The translations under genes and the position numbers were made by a program. The notes beneath the pieces are model-generated. The model was not told where the DNA came from. It did not search any database and saw only the letters and a list, made by a program, of their open reading frames with translations. Positions 37,951 through 48,264 of a stretch of 64,000 bases of DNA are shown piece after piece (within the stretch, counting starts at the first letter, position 1; each line of letters opens with the position of its first letter). Source of the stretch: Lepidodermella squamata (lineage: Eukaryota; Animalia; Gastrotricha); contig JBLDXI010000025.1 in assembly GCA_047495785.1 (NCBI GenBank), positions 1,550,001 to 1,614,000 of the forward strand. Reading direction: 5' to 3'.

Positions 37951-38167
37951 CTCGGTAATAGAATATAGCTGTCGTTAGAGAGCATCGGTTCTCATTACCT
38001 CGACTAAAGCATTAGTAAATTTGATTTCGGTTCAATGCCAGGTGAATATCCCTTCACCAGCTGTTAAGAGCAACGAGGAATGGCTCTGCGTGTTCACCTT
38101 GTTCACCTAACCACACCCTCGAAGCATCATCTCTCGCTGGCTACTGTTTTCTTGAAGCCACTGAATT

Positions 38168-41100
38168 ATGTTACGTTTTACGTTTATTTGTAGCTTTGTA
38201 TTAATAGGCATTCAAGACAACACCACAAAGGCATACAGACGGCCATCTGCAACGTGGACTTCTTCGACCAATTCAACTTCTCGGGCTATATTTTCGTCTT
38301 CTCCGATCGATTCGCCCGCTGCGGCGAACAATTGGCCTTCTCCGACCAATTCACCCTCTTTGGTCGATTCGGTTCCTACGGCCAATCGGCCCGCTGTGGC
38401 GAACAATTGGCCTTCTCCGACCAATTCACCCTCTTTGGTCGATTCGGTTCCTACGGCCAATCGGCCCGCTGTGGCGAACAATTGGCCTTCTTCGACCAAT
38501 TCAACTTCTCGGGCTATATTTTCGTCTTCTCCGATCGATTCGCCCGCTGCGGCGAACAATTGGCCTTCTCCGACCAATTCACCCTCTTTGGTCGATTCGG
38601 TTCCTACGGCCAATCGGCCCGCTGTGGCGAACAATTGGCCTTCTCCGACCAATTCACCCTCTTTGGTCGATTCGGTTCCTACGGCCAATCGGCCCGCTGT
38701 GGCGAACAATTGGCCTTCTCCGACCAATTCACCCTCTTTGGTCGATTCGGTTCCTACCGCTGCGGCGAACAATTGGCCTTCTCCGACCAATTCACCCTCT
38801 TTGGTCGATTCGGTTCCTACGGCCAATCGGCCCGCTGTGGCGAACAATTGGCCTTCTCCGACCAATTCACCCTCTTTGGTCGATTCGGTTCCTACGGCCA
38901 ATCGGCCCGCTGTGGCGAACAATTGGCCTTCTCCGACCAATTCACCCTCTTTGGTCGATTCGGTTCCTACGGCCAATCGGCCCGCTGTGGCGAACAATTG
39001 GCCTTCTCCGACCAATTCACCCTCTTTGGTCGATTCGGTTCCTACGGCCAATCGGCCCGCTGTGGCGAACAATTGGCCTTCTCCGACCAATTCACCCTCT
39101 TTGGTCGATTCGGTTCCTACCGCTGCGGCGAACAATTGGCCTTCTCCGACCAATTCACCCTCTTTGGTCGATTCGGTTCCTACCGCTGCGGCGAACAATT
39201 GGCCTTCTCCGACCAATTCACCCTCTTTGGTCGATTCGGTTCCTACCGCTGCGGCGAACAATTGGCCTTCTCCGACCAATTCACCCTCTTTGGTCGATTC
39301 GGTTCCTACGGCCAATCGGCCCGCTGTGGCAAACAATTGGCCTTCTCCGACCAATTCACCCTCTTTGGTCGATTCGGCTCCTACGGCCAATCGGCCCGCT
39401 GTGGCGAACAATTGGCCTTCTCCGACCAATTCACCCTCTTTGGTCGATTCGGTTCCTACGGCCAATCGGCCCGCTGTGGCGAACAATTGGCCTTCTCCGA
39501 CCAATTCACCCTCTTTGGTCGATTCGGTTCCTACCGCTGCGGCGAACAATTGGCCTTCTCCGACCAATTCACCCTCTTTGGTCGATTCGGTTCCTACGGC
39601 CAATCGGCCCGCTGTGGCGAACAATTGGCCTTCTCCGACCAATTCACCCTCTTTGGTCGATTCGGTTCCTACGGCCAATCGGCCCGCTGTGGCGAACAAT
39701 TGGCCTTCTCCGACCAATTCACCCTCTTTGGTCGATTCGGTTCCTACGGCCAATCGGCCCGCTGTGGCGAACAATTGGCCTTCTCCGACCAATTCACCCT
39801 CTTTGGTCGATTCGGTTCCTACGGCCAATCGGCCCGCTGTGGCGAACAATTGGCCTTCTCCGACCAATTCACCCTCTTTGGTCGATTCGGTTCCTACCGC
39901 TGCGGCGAACAATTGGCCTTCTCCGACCAATTCACCCTCTTTGGTCGATTCGGTTCCTACCGCTGCGGCGAACAATTGGCCTTCTCCGACCAATTCACCC
40001 TCTTTGGTCGATTCGGTTCCTACCGCTGCGGCGAACAATTGGCCTTCTCCGACCAATTCACCCTCTTTGGTCGATTCGGTTCCTACGGCCAATCGGCCCG
40101 CTGTGGCAAACAATTGGCCTTCTCCGACCAATTCACCCTCTTTGGTCGATTCGGCTCCTACGGCCAATCGGCCCGCTGTGGCGAACAATTGGCCTTCTCC
40201 GACCAATTCACCCTCTTTGGTCGATTCGGTTCCTACGGCCAATCGGCCCGCTGTGGCGAACAATTGGCCTTCTCCGACCAATTCACCCTCTTTGGTCGAT
40301 TCGGTTCCTACCGCTGCGGCGAACAATTGGCCTTCTCCGACCAATTCACCCTCTTTGGTCGATTCGGTTCCTACGGCCAATCGGCCCGCTGTGGCGAACA
40401 ATTGGCCTTCTCCGACCAATTCACCCTCTTTGGTCGATTCGGTTCCTACGGCCAATCGGCCCGCTGTGGCGAACAATTGGCCTTCTCCGACCAATTCACC
40501 CTCTTTGGTCGATTCGGTTCCTGCGGCCAATCGGCCCGCTGTGGCGAACAATTGGCCTTCTCCGACCAATTCACCCTCTTTGGTCGATTCGGTTCCTACG
40601 GCCAATCGGCCCGCTGTGGCGAACAATTGGCCTTCTCCGACCAATTCACCCTCTTTGGTCGATTCGGTTCCTACCGCTGCGGCGAACAATTGGCCTTCTC
40701 CGACCAATTCACCCTCTTTGGTCGATTCGGTTCCTACCGCTGCGGCGAACAATTGGCCTTCTCCGACCAATTCACCCTCTTTGGTCGATTCGGTTCCTAC
40801 CGCTGCGGCGAACAATTGGCCTTCTCCGACCAATTCACCCTCTTTGGTCGATTCGGTTCCTACGGCCAATCGGCCCGCTGTGGCAAACAATTGGCCTTCT
40901 CCGACCAATTCACCCTCTTTGGTCGATTCGGCTCCTACGGCCAATCGGCCCGCTGTGGCGAACAATTGGCCTTCTCCGACCAATTCACCCTCTTTGGTCG
41001 ATTCGGTTCCTACGGCCAATCGGCCCGCTGTGGCGAACAATTGGCCTTCTCCGACCAATTCACCCTCTTTGGTCGATTCGGTTCCTACCGCTGCGGCGAA

Positions 41101-44100
41101 CAATTGGCCTTCTCCGACCAATTCACCCTCTTTGGTCGATTCGGTTCCTACGGCCAATCGGCCCGCTGTGGCGAACAATTGGCCTTCTCCGACCAATTCA
41201 CCTTCTTTGGTCGATTCGGTTCCTACCGCTGCGGCGAACAATTGGCCTTCTCCGACCAATTCACCCTCTTTGGTCGATTCGGTTCCTACGGCCAATCGGC
41301 CCGCTGCGGCGAACAATTGGCCTTCTCCGACCAATTCACCCTCTTTGGTCGATTCGGTTCCTACCGCTGCGGCGAACAATTGGCCTTCTCCGACCAATTC
41401 ACCCTCTTTGGTCGATTCGGTTCCTACCGCTGCGGCGAACAATTGGCCTTCTCCGACCAATTCACCCTCTTTGGTCGATTCGGTTCCTACCGCTGCGGCG
41501 AACAATTGGCCTTCTCCGACCAATTCACCCTCTTTGGTCGATTCGGTTCCTACCGCTGCGGCGAACAATTGGCCTTCTCCGACCAATTCACCCTCTTTGG
41601 TCGATTCGGTTCCTACGGCCAATCGGCCCGCTGTGGCGAACAATTGGCCTTCTCCGACCAATTCACCCTCTTTGGTCGATTCACCCTCTTTGGTCGATTC
41701 GGTTCCTACGGCCAATCGGCCCGCTGTGGCGAACAATTGGCCTTCTCCGACCAATTCACCTTCTTTGGTCGATTCGGTTCCTACCGCTGCGGCGAACAAT
41801 TGGCCTTCTCCGACCAATTCACCCTCTTTGGTCGATTCGGTTCCTACGGCCAATCGGCCCGCTGCGGCGAACAATTGGCCTTCTCCGACCAATTCACCCT
41901 CTTTGGTCGATTCGGTTCCTACCGCTGCGGCGAACAATTGGCCTTCTCCGACCAATTCACCCTCTTTGGTCGATTCGGTTCCTACCGCTGCGGCGAACAA
42001 TTGGCCTTCTCCGACCAATTCACCCTCTTTGGTCGATTCGGTTCCTACCGCTGCGGCGAACAATTGGCCTTCTCCGACCAATTCACCCTCTTTGGTCGAT
42101 TCGGTTCCTACGGCCAATCGGCCCGCTGTGGCGAACAATTGGCCTTCTCCGACCAATTCACCCTCTTTGGTCGATTCACCCTCTTTGGTCGATTCGGTTC
42201 CTACGGCCAATCGGCCCGCTGTGGCGAACAATTGGCCTTCTCCGACCAATTCACCCTCTTTGGTCGATTCACCCTCTTTGGTCGATTCGGTTCCTACGGC
42301 CAATCGGCCCGCTGTGGCGAACAATTGGCCTTCTCCGACCAATTCACCCTCTTTGGTCGATTCGGTTCCTACCGCTGCGGCGAACAATTGGCCTTCTCCG
42401 ACCAATTCACCCTCTTTGGTCGATTCGGTTCCTACCGCTGCGGCGAACAATTGGCCTTCTCCGACCAATTCACCCTCTTTGGTCGATTCGGTTCCTACCG
42501 CTGCGGCGAACAATTGGCCTTCTCCGACCAATTCACCCTCTTTGGTCGATTCGGTTCCTACGGCCAATCGGCCCGCTGTGGCGAACAATTGGCCTTCTCC
42601 GACCAATTCACCCTCTTTGGTCGATTCGGTTCCTACCGCTGCGGCGAACAATTGGCCTTCTCCGACCAATTCACCCTCTTTGGTCGATTCGGTTCCTACC
42701 GCTGCGGCGAACAATTGGCCTTCTCCGACCAATTCACCCTCTTTGGTCGATTCGGTTCCTACCGCTGCGGCGAACAATTGGCCTTCTCCGACCAATTCAC
42801 CCTCTTTGGTCGATTCGGTTCCTACCGCTGCGGCGAACAATTGGCCTTCTCCGACCAATTCACCCTCTTTGGTCGATTCGGCTCCTACGGCCAATCGGCC
42901 CGCTGTGGCGAACAATTGGCCTTCTCCGACCAATTCACCCTCTTTGGTCGATTCGGTTCCTACGGCCAATCGGCCCGCTGTGGCGAACAATTGGCCTTCT
43001 CCGACCAATTCACCCTCTTTGGTCGATTCGGTTCCTACGGCCAATCGGCCCGCTGTGGCGAACAATTGGCCTTCTCCGACCAATTCACCCTCTTTGGTCG
43101 ATTCGGTTCCTACGGCCAATCGGCCCGCTGTGGCGAACAATTGGCCTTCTCCGACCAATTCACCTTCTTTGGTCGATTCGGTTCCTACCGCTGCGGCGAA
43201 CAATTGGCCTTCTCCGACCAATTCACCCTCTTTGGTCGATTCGGTTCCTACCGCTGCGGCGAACAATTGGCCTTCTCCGACCAATTCACCCTCTTTGGTC
43301 GATTCGGTTCCTACGGCCAATCGGCCCGCTGTGGCGAACAATTGGCCTTCTCCGACCAATTCACCCTCTTTGGTCGATTCGGTTCCTACGGCCAATCGGC
43401 CCGCTGTGGCGAACAATTGGCCTTCTCCGACCAATTCACCCTCTTTGGTCGATTCGGTTCCTACGGCCAATCGGCCCGCTGTGGCGAACAATTGGCCTTC
43501 TCCGACCAATTCACCCTCTTTGGTCGATTCGGTTCCTACGGCCAATCGGCCCGCTGTGGCGAACAATTGGCCTTCTCCGACCAATTCACCCTCTTTGGTC
43601 GATTCGGTTCCTACCGCTGCGGCGAACAATTGGCCTTCTCCGACCAATTCACCCTCTTTGGTCGATTCGGTTCCTACCGCTGCGGCGAACAATTGGCCTT
43701 CTCCGACCAATTCACCCTCTTTGGTCGATTCGGCTCCTACGGCCAATCGGCCCGCTGTGGCGAACAATTGGCCTTCTCCGACCAATTCACCCTCTTTGGT
43801 CGATTCGGTTCCTACGGCCAATCGGCCCGCTGTGGCGAACAATTGGCCTTCTCCGACCAATTCACCCTCTTTGGTCGATTCGGTTCCTACGGCCAATCGG
43901 CCCGCTGTGGCGAACAATTGGCCTTCTCCGACCAATTCACCCTCTTTGGTCGATTCGGTTCCTACGGCCAATCGGCCCGCTGTGGCGAACAATTGGCCTT
44001 CTCCGACCAATTCACCTTCTTTGGTCGATTCGGTTCCTACCGCTGCGGCGAACAATTGGCCTTCTCCGACCAATTCACCCTCTTTGGTCGATTCGGTTCC

Positions 44101-47100
44101 TACCGCTGCGGCGAACAATTGGCCTTCTCCGACCAATTCACCCTCTTTGGTCGATTCGGTTCCTACGGCCAATCGGCCCGCTGTGGCGAACAATTGGCCT
44201 TCTCCGACCAATTCACCCTCTTTGGTCGATTCGGTTCCTACGGCCAATCGGCCCGCTGTGGCGAACAATTGGCCTTCTCCGACCAATTCACCCTCTTTGG
44301 TCGATTCGGTTCCTACGGCCAATCGGCCCGCTGTGGCGAACAATTGGCCTTCTCCGACCAATTCACCCTCTTTGGTCGATTCGGTTCCTACGGCCAATCG
44401 GCCCGCTGTGGCGAACAATTGGCCTTCTCCGACCAATTCACCCTCTTTGGTCGATTCGGTTCCTACCGCTGCGGCGAACAATTGGCCTTCTCCGACCAAT
44501 TCACCCTCTTTGGTCGATTCGGTTCCTACCGCTGCGGCGAACAATTGGCCTTCTCCGACCAATTCACCCTCTTTGGTCGATTCGGTTCCTACCGCTGCGG
44601 CGAACAATTGGCCTTCTCCGACCAATTCACCCTCTTTGGTCGATTCGGTTCCTACCGCTGCGGCGAACAATTGGCCTTCTCCGACCAATTCACCCTCTTT
44701 GGTCGATTCGGTTCCTACCGCTGCGGCGAACAATTGGCCTTCTCCGACCAATTCACCCTCTTTGGTCGATTCGGTTCCTACCGCTGCGGCGAACAATTGG
44801 CCTTCTCCGACCAATTCACCCTCTTTGGTCGATTCGGTTCCTACCGCTGCGGCGAACAATTGGCCTTCTCCGACCAATTCACCCTCTTTGGTCGATTCGG
44901 CTCCTACGGCCAATCGGCCCGCTGTGGCGAACAATTGGCCTTCTCCGACCAATTCACCCTCTTTGGTCGATTCGGTTCCTACGGCCAATCGGCCCGCTGT
45001 GGCGAACAATTGGCCTTCTCCGACCAATTCACCCTCTTTGGTCGATTCGGTTCCTACGGCCAATCGGCCCGCTGTGGCGAACAATTGGCCTTCTCCGACC
45101 AATTCACCCTCTTTGGTCGATTCGGTTCCTACGGCCAATCGGCCCGCTGTGGCGAACAATTGGCCTTCTCCGACCAATTCACCTTCTTTGGTCGATTCGG
45201 TTCCTACCGCTGCGGCGAACAATTGGCCTTCTCCGACCAATTCACCCTCTTTGGTCGATTCGGTTCCTACCGCTGCGGCGAACAATTGGCCTTCTCCGAC
45301 CAATTCACCCTCTTTGGTCGATTCGGTTCCTACGGCCAATCGGCCCGCTGTGGCGAACAATTGGCCTTCTCCGACCAATTCACCCTCTTTGGTCGATTCG
45401 GTTCCTACGGCCAATCGGCCCGCTGTGGCGAACAATTGGCCTTCTCCGACCAATTCACCCTCTTTGGTCGATTCGGTTCCTACGGCCAATCGGCCCGCTG
45501 TGGCGAACAATTGGCCTTCTCCGACCAATTCACCCTCTTTGGTCGATTCGGTTCCTACGGCCAATCGGCCCGCTGTGGCGAACAATTGGCCTTCTCCGAC
45601 CAATTCACCCTCTTTGGTCGATTCGGTTCCTACCGCTGCGGCGAACAATTGGCCTTCTCCGACCAATTCACCCTCTTTGGTCGATTCGGTTCCTACCGCT
45701 GCGGCGAACAATTGGCCTTCTCCGACCAATTCACCCTCTTTGGTCGATTCGGTTCCTACCGCTGCGGCGAACAATTGGCCTTCTCCGACCAATTCACCCT
45801 CTTTGGTCGATTCGGTTCCTACCGCTGCGGCGAACAATTGGCCTTCTCCGACCAATTCACCCTCTTTGGTCGATTCGGCTCCTACGGCCAATCGGCCCGC
45901 TGTGGCGAACAATTGGCCTTCTCCGACCAATTCACCCTCTTTGGTCGATTCGGTTCCTACGGCCAATCGGCCCGCTGTGGCGAACAATTGGCCTTCTCCG
46001 ACCAATTCACCCTCTTTGGTCGATTCGGTTCCTACGGCCAATCGGCCCGCTGTGGCGAACAATTGGCCTTCTCCGACCAATTCACCCTCTTTGGTCGATT
46101 CGGTTCCTACGGCCAATCGGCCCGCTGTGGCGAACAATTGGCCTTCTCCGACCAATTCACCTTCTTTGGTCGATTCGGTTCCTACCGCTGCGGCGAACAA
46201 TTGGCCTTCTCCGACCAATTCACCCTCTTTGGTCGATTCGGTTCCTACCGCTGCGGCGAACAATTGGCCTTCTCCGACCAATTCACCCTCTTTGGTCGAT
46301 TCGGTTCCTACGGCCAATCGGCCCGCTGTGGCGAACAATTGGCCTTCTCCGACCAATTCACCCTCTTTGGTCGATTCGGTTCCTACGGCCAATCGGCCCG
46401 CTGTGGCGAACAATTGGCCTTCTCCGACCAATTCACCCTCTTTGGTCGATTCGGTTCCTACGGCCAATCGGCCCGCTGTGGCGAACAATTGGCCTTCTCC
46501 GACCAATTCACCCTCTTTGGTCGATTCGGTTCCTACGGCCAATCGGCCCGCTGTGGCGAACAATTGGCCTTCTCCGACCAATTCACCCTCTTTGGTCGAT
46601 TCGGTTCCTACCGCTGCGGCGAACAATTGGCCTTCTCCGACCAATTCACCCTCTTTGGTCGATTCGGTTCCTACCGCTGCGGCGAACAATTGGCCTTCTC
46701 CGACCAATTCACCCTCTTTGGTCGATTCGGTTCCTACCGCTGCGGCGAACAATTGGCCTTCTCCGACCAATTCACCCTCTTTGGTCGATTCGGTTCCTAC
46801 GGCCAATCGGCCCGCTGTGGCGAACAATTGGCCTTCTCCGACCAATTCACCCTCTTTGGTCGATTCGGTTCCTACCGCTGCGGCGAACAATTGGCCTTCT
46901 CCGACCAATTCACCCTCTTTGGTCGATTCGGTTCCTACCGCTGCGGCGAACAATTGGCCTTCTCCGACCAATTCACCCTCTTTGGTCGATTCGGTTCCTA
47001 CCGCTGCGGCGAACAATTGGCCTTCTCCGACCAATTCACCCTCTTTGGTCGATTCGGTTCCTACCGCTGCGGCGAACAATTGGCCTTCTCCGACCAATTC

Positions 47101-47641
47101 ACCCTCTTTGGTCGATTCGGTTCCTACCGCTGCGGCGAACAATTGGCCTTCTCCGACCAATTCACCCTCTTTGGTCGATTCGGTTCCTACGGCCAATCGG
47201 CCCGCTGTGGCGAACAATTGGCCTTCTCCGACCAATTCACCCTCTTTGGTCGATTCGGTTCCTACGGCCAATCGGCCCGCTGTGGCGAACAATTGGCCTT
47301 CTCCGACCAATTCACCCTCTTTGGTCGATTCGGTTCCTACCGCTGCGGCGAACAATTGGCCTTCTCCGACCAATTCACCCTCTTTGGTCGATTCGGTTCC
47401 TACGGCCAATCGGCCCGCTGTGGCGAACAATTGGCCTTCTCCGACCAATTCACCTTCTTTGGTCGATTCGGTTCCTACCGCTGCGGCGAACAATTGGCCT
47501 TCTCTGACCAATTCACCCTCTTTGGTCGATTCGGTTCCTACGGCCAATCGGCCCGCTGTGGCGAACAATTGGCCTTCTCCGACCAATTCACCCTCTTTGG
47601 TCGATTCGGTTCCTACGGCCAATCGGCATTCTGATTTGTAA
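38168..47641 (+). CDS. Giant Ser/Thr/Pro/Asn-rich mucin-like repeat ORF, 3157 aa (expanded paralog of 48265-49341)
   Basis: Hydrophobic N-terminus MLRFTFICSFVLIG, then 25-aa and 21-aa units. All length variants are multiples of 3. The C-terminal repeat block of the paralog is missing. May be a non-expressed duplicate. Confidence 0.5.
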   Translation: MLRFTFICSFVLIGIQDNTTKAYRRPSATWTSSTNSTSRAIFSSSPIDSPAAANNWPSPTNSPSLVDSVPTANRPAVANNWPSPTNSPSLVDSVPTANRPAVANNWPSSTNSTSRAIFSSSPIDSPAAANNWPSPTNSPSLVDSVPTANRPAVANNWPSPTNSPSLVDSVPTANRPAVANNWPSPTNSPSLVDSVPTAAANNWPSPTNSPSLVDSVPTANRPAVANNWPSPTNSPSLVDSVPTANRPAVANNWPSPTNSPSLVDSVPTANRPAVANNWPSPTNSPSLVDSVPTANRPAVANNWPSPTNSPSLVDSVPTAAANNWPSPTNSPSLVDSVPTAAANNWPSPTNSPSLVDSVPTAAANNWPSPTNSPSLVDSVPTANRPAVANNWPSPTNSPSLVDSAPTANRPAVANNWPSPTNSPSLVDSVPTANRPAVANNWPSPTNSPSLVDSVPTAAANNWPSPTNSPSLVDSVPTANRPAVANNWPSPTNSPSLVDSVPTANRPAVANNWPSPTNSPSLVDSVPTANRPAVANNWPSPTNSPSLVDSVPTANRPAVANNWPSPTNSPSLVDSVPTAAANNWPSPTNSPSLVDSVPTAAANNWPSPTNSPSLVDSVPTAAANNWPSPTNSPSLVDSVPTANRPAVANNWPSPTNSPSLVDSAPTANRPAVANNWPSPTNSPSLVDSVPTANRPAVANNWPSPTNSPSLVDSVPTAAANNWPSPTNSPSLVDSVPTANRPAVANNWPSPTNSPSLVDSVPTANRPAVANNWPSPTNSPSLVDSVPAANRPAVANNWPSPTNSPSLVDSVPTANRPAVANNWPSPTNSPSLVDSVPTAAANNWPSPTNSPSLVDSVPTAAANNWPSPTNSPSLVDSVPTAAANNWPSPTNSPSLVDSVPTANRPAVANNWPSPTNSPSLVDSAPTANRPAVANNWPSPTNSPSLVDSVPTANRPAVANNWPSPTNSPSLVDSVPTAAANNWPSPTNSPSLVDSVPTANRPAVANNWPSPTNSPSLVDSVPTAAANNWPSPTNSPSLVDSVPTANRPAAANNWPSPTNSPSLVDSVPTAAANNWPSPTNSPSLVDSVPTAAANNWPSPTNSPSLVDSVPTAAANNWPSPTNSPSLVDSVPTAAANNWPSPTNSPSLVDSVPTANRPAVANNWPSPTNSPSLVDSPSLVDSVPTANRPAVANNWPSPTNSPSLVDSVPTAAANNWPSPTNSPSLVDSVPTANRPAAANNWPSPTNSPSLVDSVPTAAANNWPSPTNSPSLVDSVPTAAANNWPSPTNSPSLVDSVPTAAANNWPSPTNSPSLVDSVPTANRPAVANNWPSPTNSPSLVDSPSLVDSVPTANRPAVANNWPSPTNSPSLVDSPSLVDSVPTANRPAVANNWPSPTNSPSLVDSVPTAAANNWPSPTNSPSLVDSVPTAAANNWPSPTNSPSLVDSVPTAAANNWPSPTNSPSLVDSVPTANRPAVANNWPSPTNSPSLVDSVPTAAANNWPSPTNSPSLVDSVPTAAANNWPSPTNSPSLVDSVPTAAANNWPSPTNSPSLVDSVPTAAANNWPSPTNSPSLVDSAPTANRPAVANNWPSPTNSPSLVDSVPTANRPAVANNWPSPTNSPSLVDSVPTANRPAVANNWPSPTNSPSLVDSVPTANRPAVANNWPSPTNSPSLVDSVPTAAANNWPSPTNSPSLVDSVPTAAANNWPSPTNSPSLVDSVPTANRPAVANNWPSPTNSPSLVDSVPTANRPAVANNWPSPTNSPSLVDSVPTANRPAVANNWPSPTNSPSLVDSVPTANRPAVANNWPSPTNSPSLVDSVPTAAANNWPSPTNSPSLVDSVPTAAANNWPSPTNSPSLVDSAPTANRPAVANNWPSPTNSPSLVDSVPTANRPAVANNWPSPTNSPSLVDSVPTANRPAVANNWPSPTNSPSLVDSVPTANRPAVANNWPSPTNSPSLVDSVPTAAANNWPSPTNSPSLVDSVPTAAANNWPSPTNSPSLVDSVPTANRPAVANNWPSPTNSPSLVDSVPTANRPAVANNWPSPTNSPSLVDSVPTANRPAVANNWPSPTNSPSLVDSVPTANRPAVANNWPSPTNSPSLVDSVPTAAANNWPSPTNSPSLVDSVPTAAANNWPSPTNSPSLVDSVPTAAANNWPSPTNSPSLVDSVPTAAANNWPSPTNSPSLVDSVPTAAANNWPSPTNSPSLVDSVPTAAANNWPSPTNSPSLVDSVPTAAANNWPSPTNSPSLVDSAPTANRPAVANNWPSPTNSPSLVDSVPTANRPAVANNWPSPTNSPSLVDSVPTANRPAVANNWPSPTNSPSLVDSVPTANRPAVANNWPSPTNSPSLVDSVPTAAANNWPSPTNSPSLVDSVPTAAANNWPSPTNSPSLVDSVPTANRPAVANNWPSPTNSPSLVDSVPTANRPAVANNWPSPTNSPSLVDSVPTANRPAVANNWPSPTNSPSLVDSVPTANRPAVANNWPSPTNSPSLVDSVPTAAANNWPSPTNSPSLVDSVPTAAANNWPSPTNSPSLVDSVPTAAANNWPSPTNSPSLVDSVPTAAANNWPSPTNSPSLVDSAPTANRPAVANNWPSPTNSPSLVDSVPTANRPAVANNWPSPTNSPSLVDSVPTANRPAVANNWPSPTNSPSLVDSVPTANRPAVANNWPSPTNSPSLVDSVPTAAANNWPSPTNSPSLVDSVPTAAANNWPSPTNSPSLVDSVPTANRPAVANNWPSPTNSPSLVDSVPTANRPAVANNWPSPTNSPSLVDSVPTANRPAVANNWPSPTNSPSLVDSVPTANRPAVANNWPSPTNSPSLVDSVPTAAANNWPSPTNSPSLVDSVPTAAANNWPSPTNSPSLVDSVPTAAANNWPSPTNSPSLVDSVPTANRPAVANNWPSPTNSPSLVDSVPTAAANNWPSPTNSPSLVDSVPTAAANNWPSPTNSPSLVDSVPTAAANNWPSPTNSPSLVDSVPTAAANNWPSPTNSPSLVDSVPTAAANNWPSPTNSPSLVDSVPTANRPAVANNWPSPTNSPSLVDSVPTANRPAVANNWPSPTNSPSLVDSVPTAAANNWPSPTNSPSLVDSVPTANRPAVANNWPSPTNSPSLVDSVPTAAANNWPSLTNSPSLVDSVPTANRPAVANNWPSPTNSPSLVDSVPTANRHSDL
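38318..47626. repeat. 9.3-kb coding-type minisatellite of 75-bp and 63-bp units with higher-order structure
   Basis: Core GAACAATTGGCCTTCTCCGACCAATTCACCCTCTTTGGTCGATTCGGTTCCTAC, with or without a 12-bp segment. About 135 units, estimated from length. Confidence 0.97.
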
Positions 47642-47673
47642 CAGTGATCAGTCGACAATTTGGATCATTAGTA

Positions 47674-48094
47674 CATAGTGTGTAAAATAATGGTGTGTAA
47701 TACTTTACACTAATAAAGGAAAAAGTACGTAGCAAGAACATTTTCTATTATTAGTGTAGTACTTTCTTTATATTAATCGAATTTTATATGTATTGACCCT
47801 AAGATGGTGTTCGGCTTGACAATTTAAATATTGTACAAAAATGTATTTTCAGTTTAAATTTCATTTTTGTGCATATTTCCGAATGTGCAAAAAAATCCTT
47901 GAACAGGGCCTAATGCCACCATTTTTAGTTCCGCCGCTCACACATTGGTTTCATTCCGGACTCATTAGCAACGATAAATGGACCAATCAGCGTGCGCGCC
48001 CAAGTTCAACTTGCCAGCGGTTCCACAATGAATAATGATCTGCTATTGCCTTTTATTATTCCCATTTTATATAGCCATTATTTTACACACTATG
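47674..48094. mobile_element. 421-bp MITE with 20-bp perfect TIRs at the palindrome centre
   Basis: CATAGTGTGTAAAATAATGG (47674-47693) / CCATTATTTTACACACTATG (48075-48094). The flanks are inverted copies rather than a direct TSD, although TA|...|TA also fits. Confidence 0.75.
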
Positions 48095-48264
48095 TACTAA
48101 TGATCCAAATTGTCGACTGATCACTGTTACAAATCAGAATGGTCTAAAACTTTGTTTTATCTCATTTTTTTCACTTTTCATAGCTAGTTAGCCTAATTAG
48201 CACAAGAACTCAAGTGTTTGATGTTAATAAGGCGACCGAAATGTATCTGACTCAATTTATTTTA

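Noticed and set aside
38318-47626. CRISPR-like appearance of the array
   Set aside because: Units are contiguous with no unique spacers, there are no cas genes, and the context is eukaryotic.
38254-47634. Second plus-frame ORF with repeated ...TLFGRFG..., resembling an RFamide neuropeptide precursor
   Set aside because: No ATG or signal peptide in this frame, and the Gly is followed by Ser-Tyr rather than Lys/Arg cleavage sites. Openness follows from a stop-free unit whose length is a multiple of 3. Synonymous-variant evidence is equivocal, so peptidomics would be the final test.
47627-47641. C-terminal HSDL as an ER-retention signal
   Set aside because: Created by a deletion junction into non-coding flank, and a weak match to (K/H)DEL.
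38212-47658. 3148-aa antisense ORF (GTESTKEGELVGEGQLF repeats)
   Set aside because: Shadow of the tandem repeat; it starts at the rearrangement junction and has no independent gene features.
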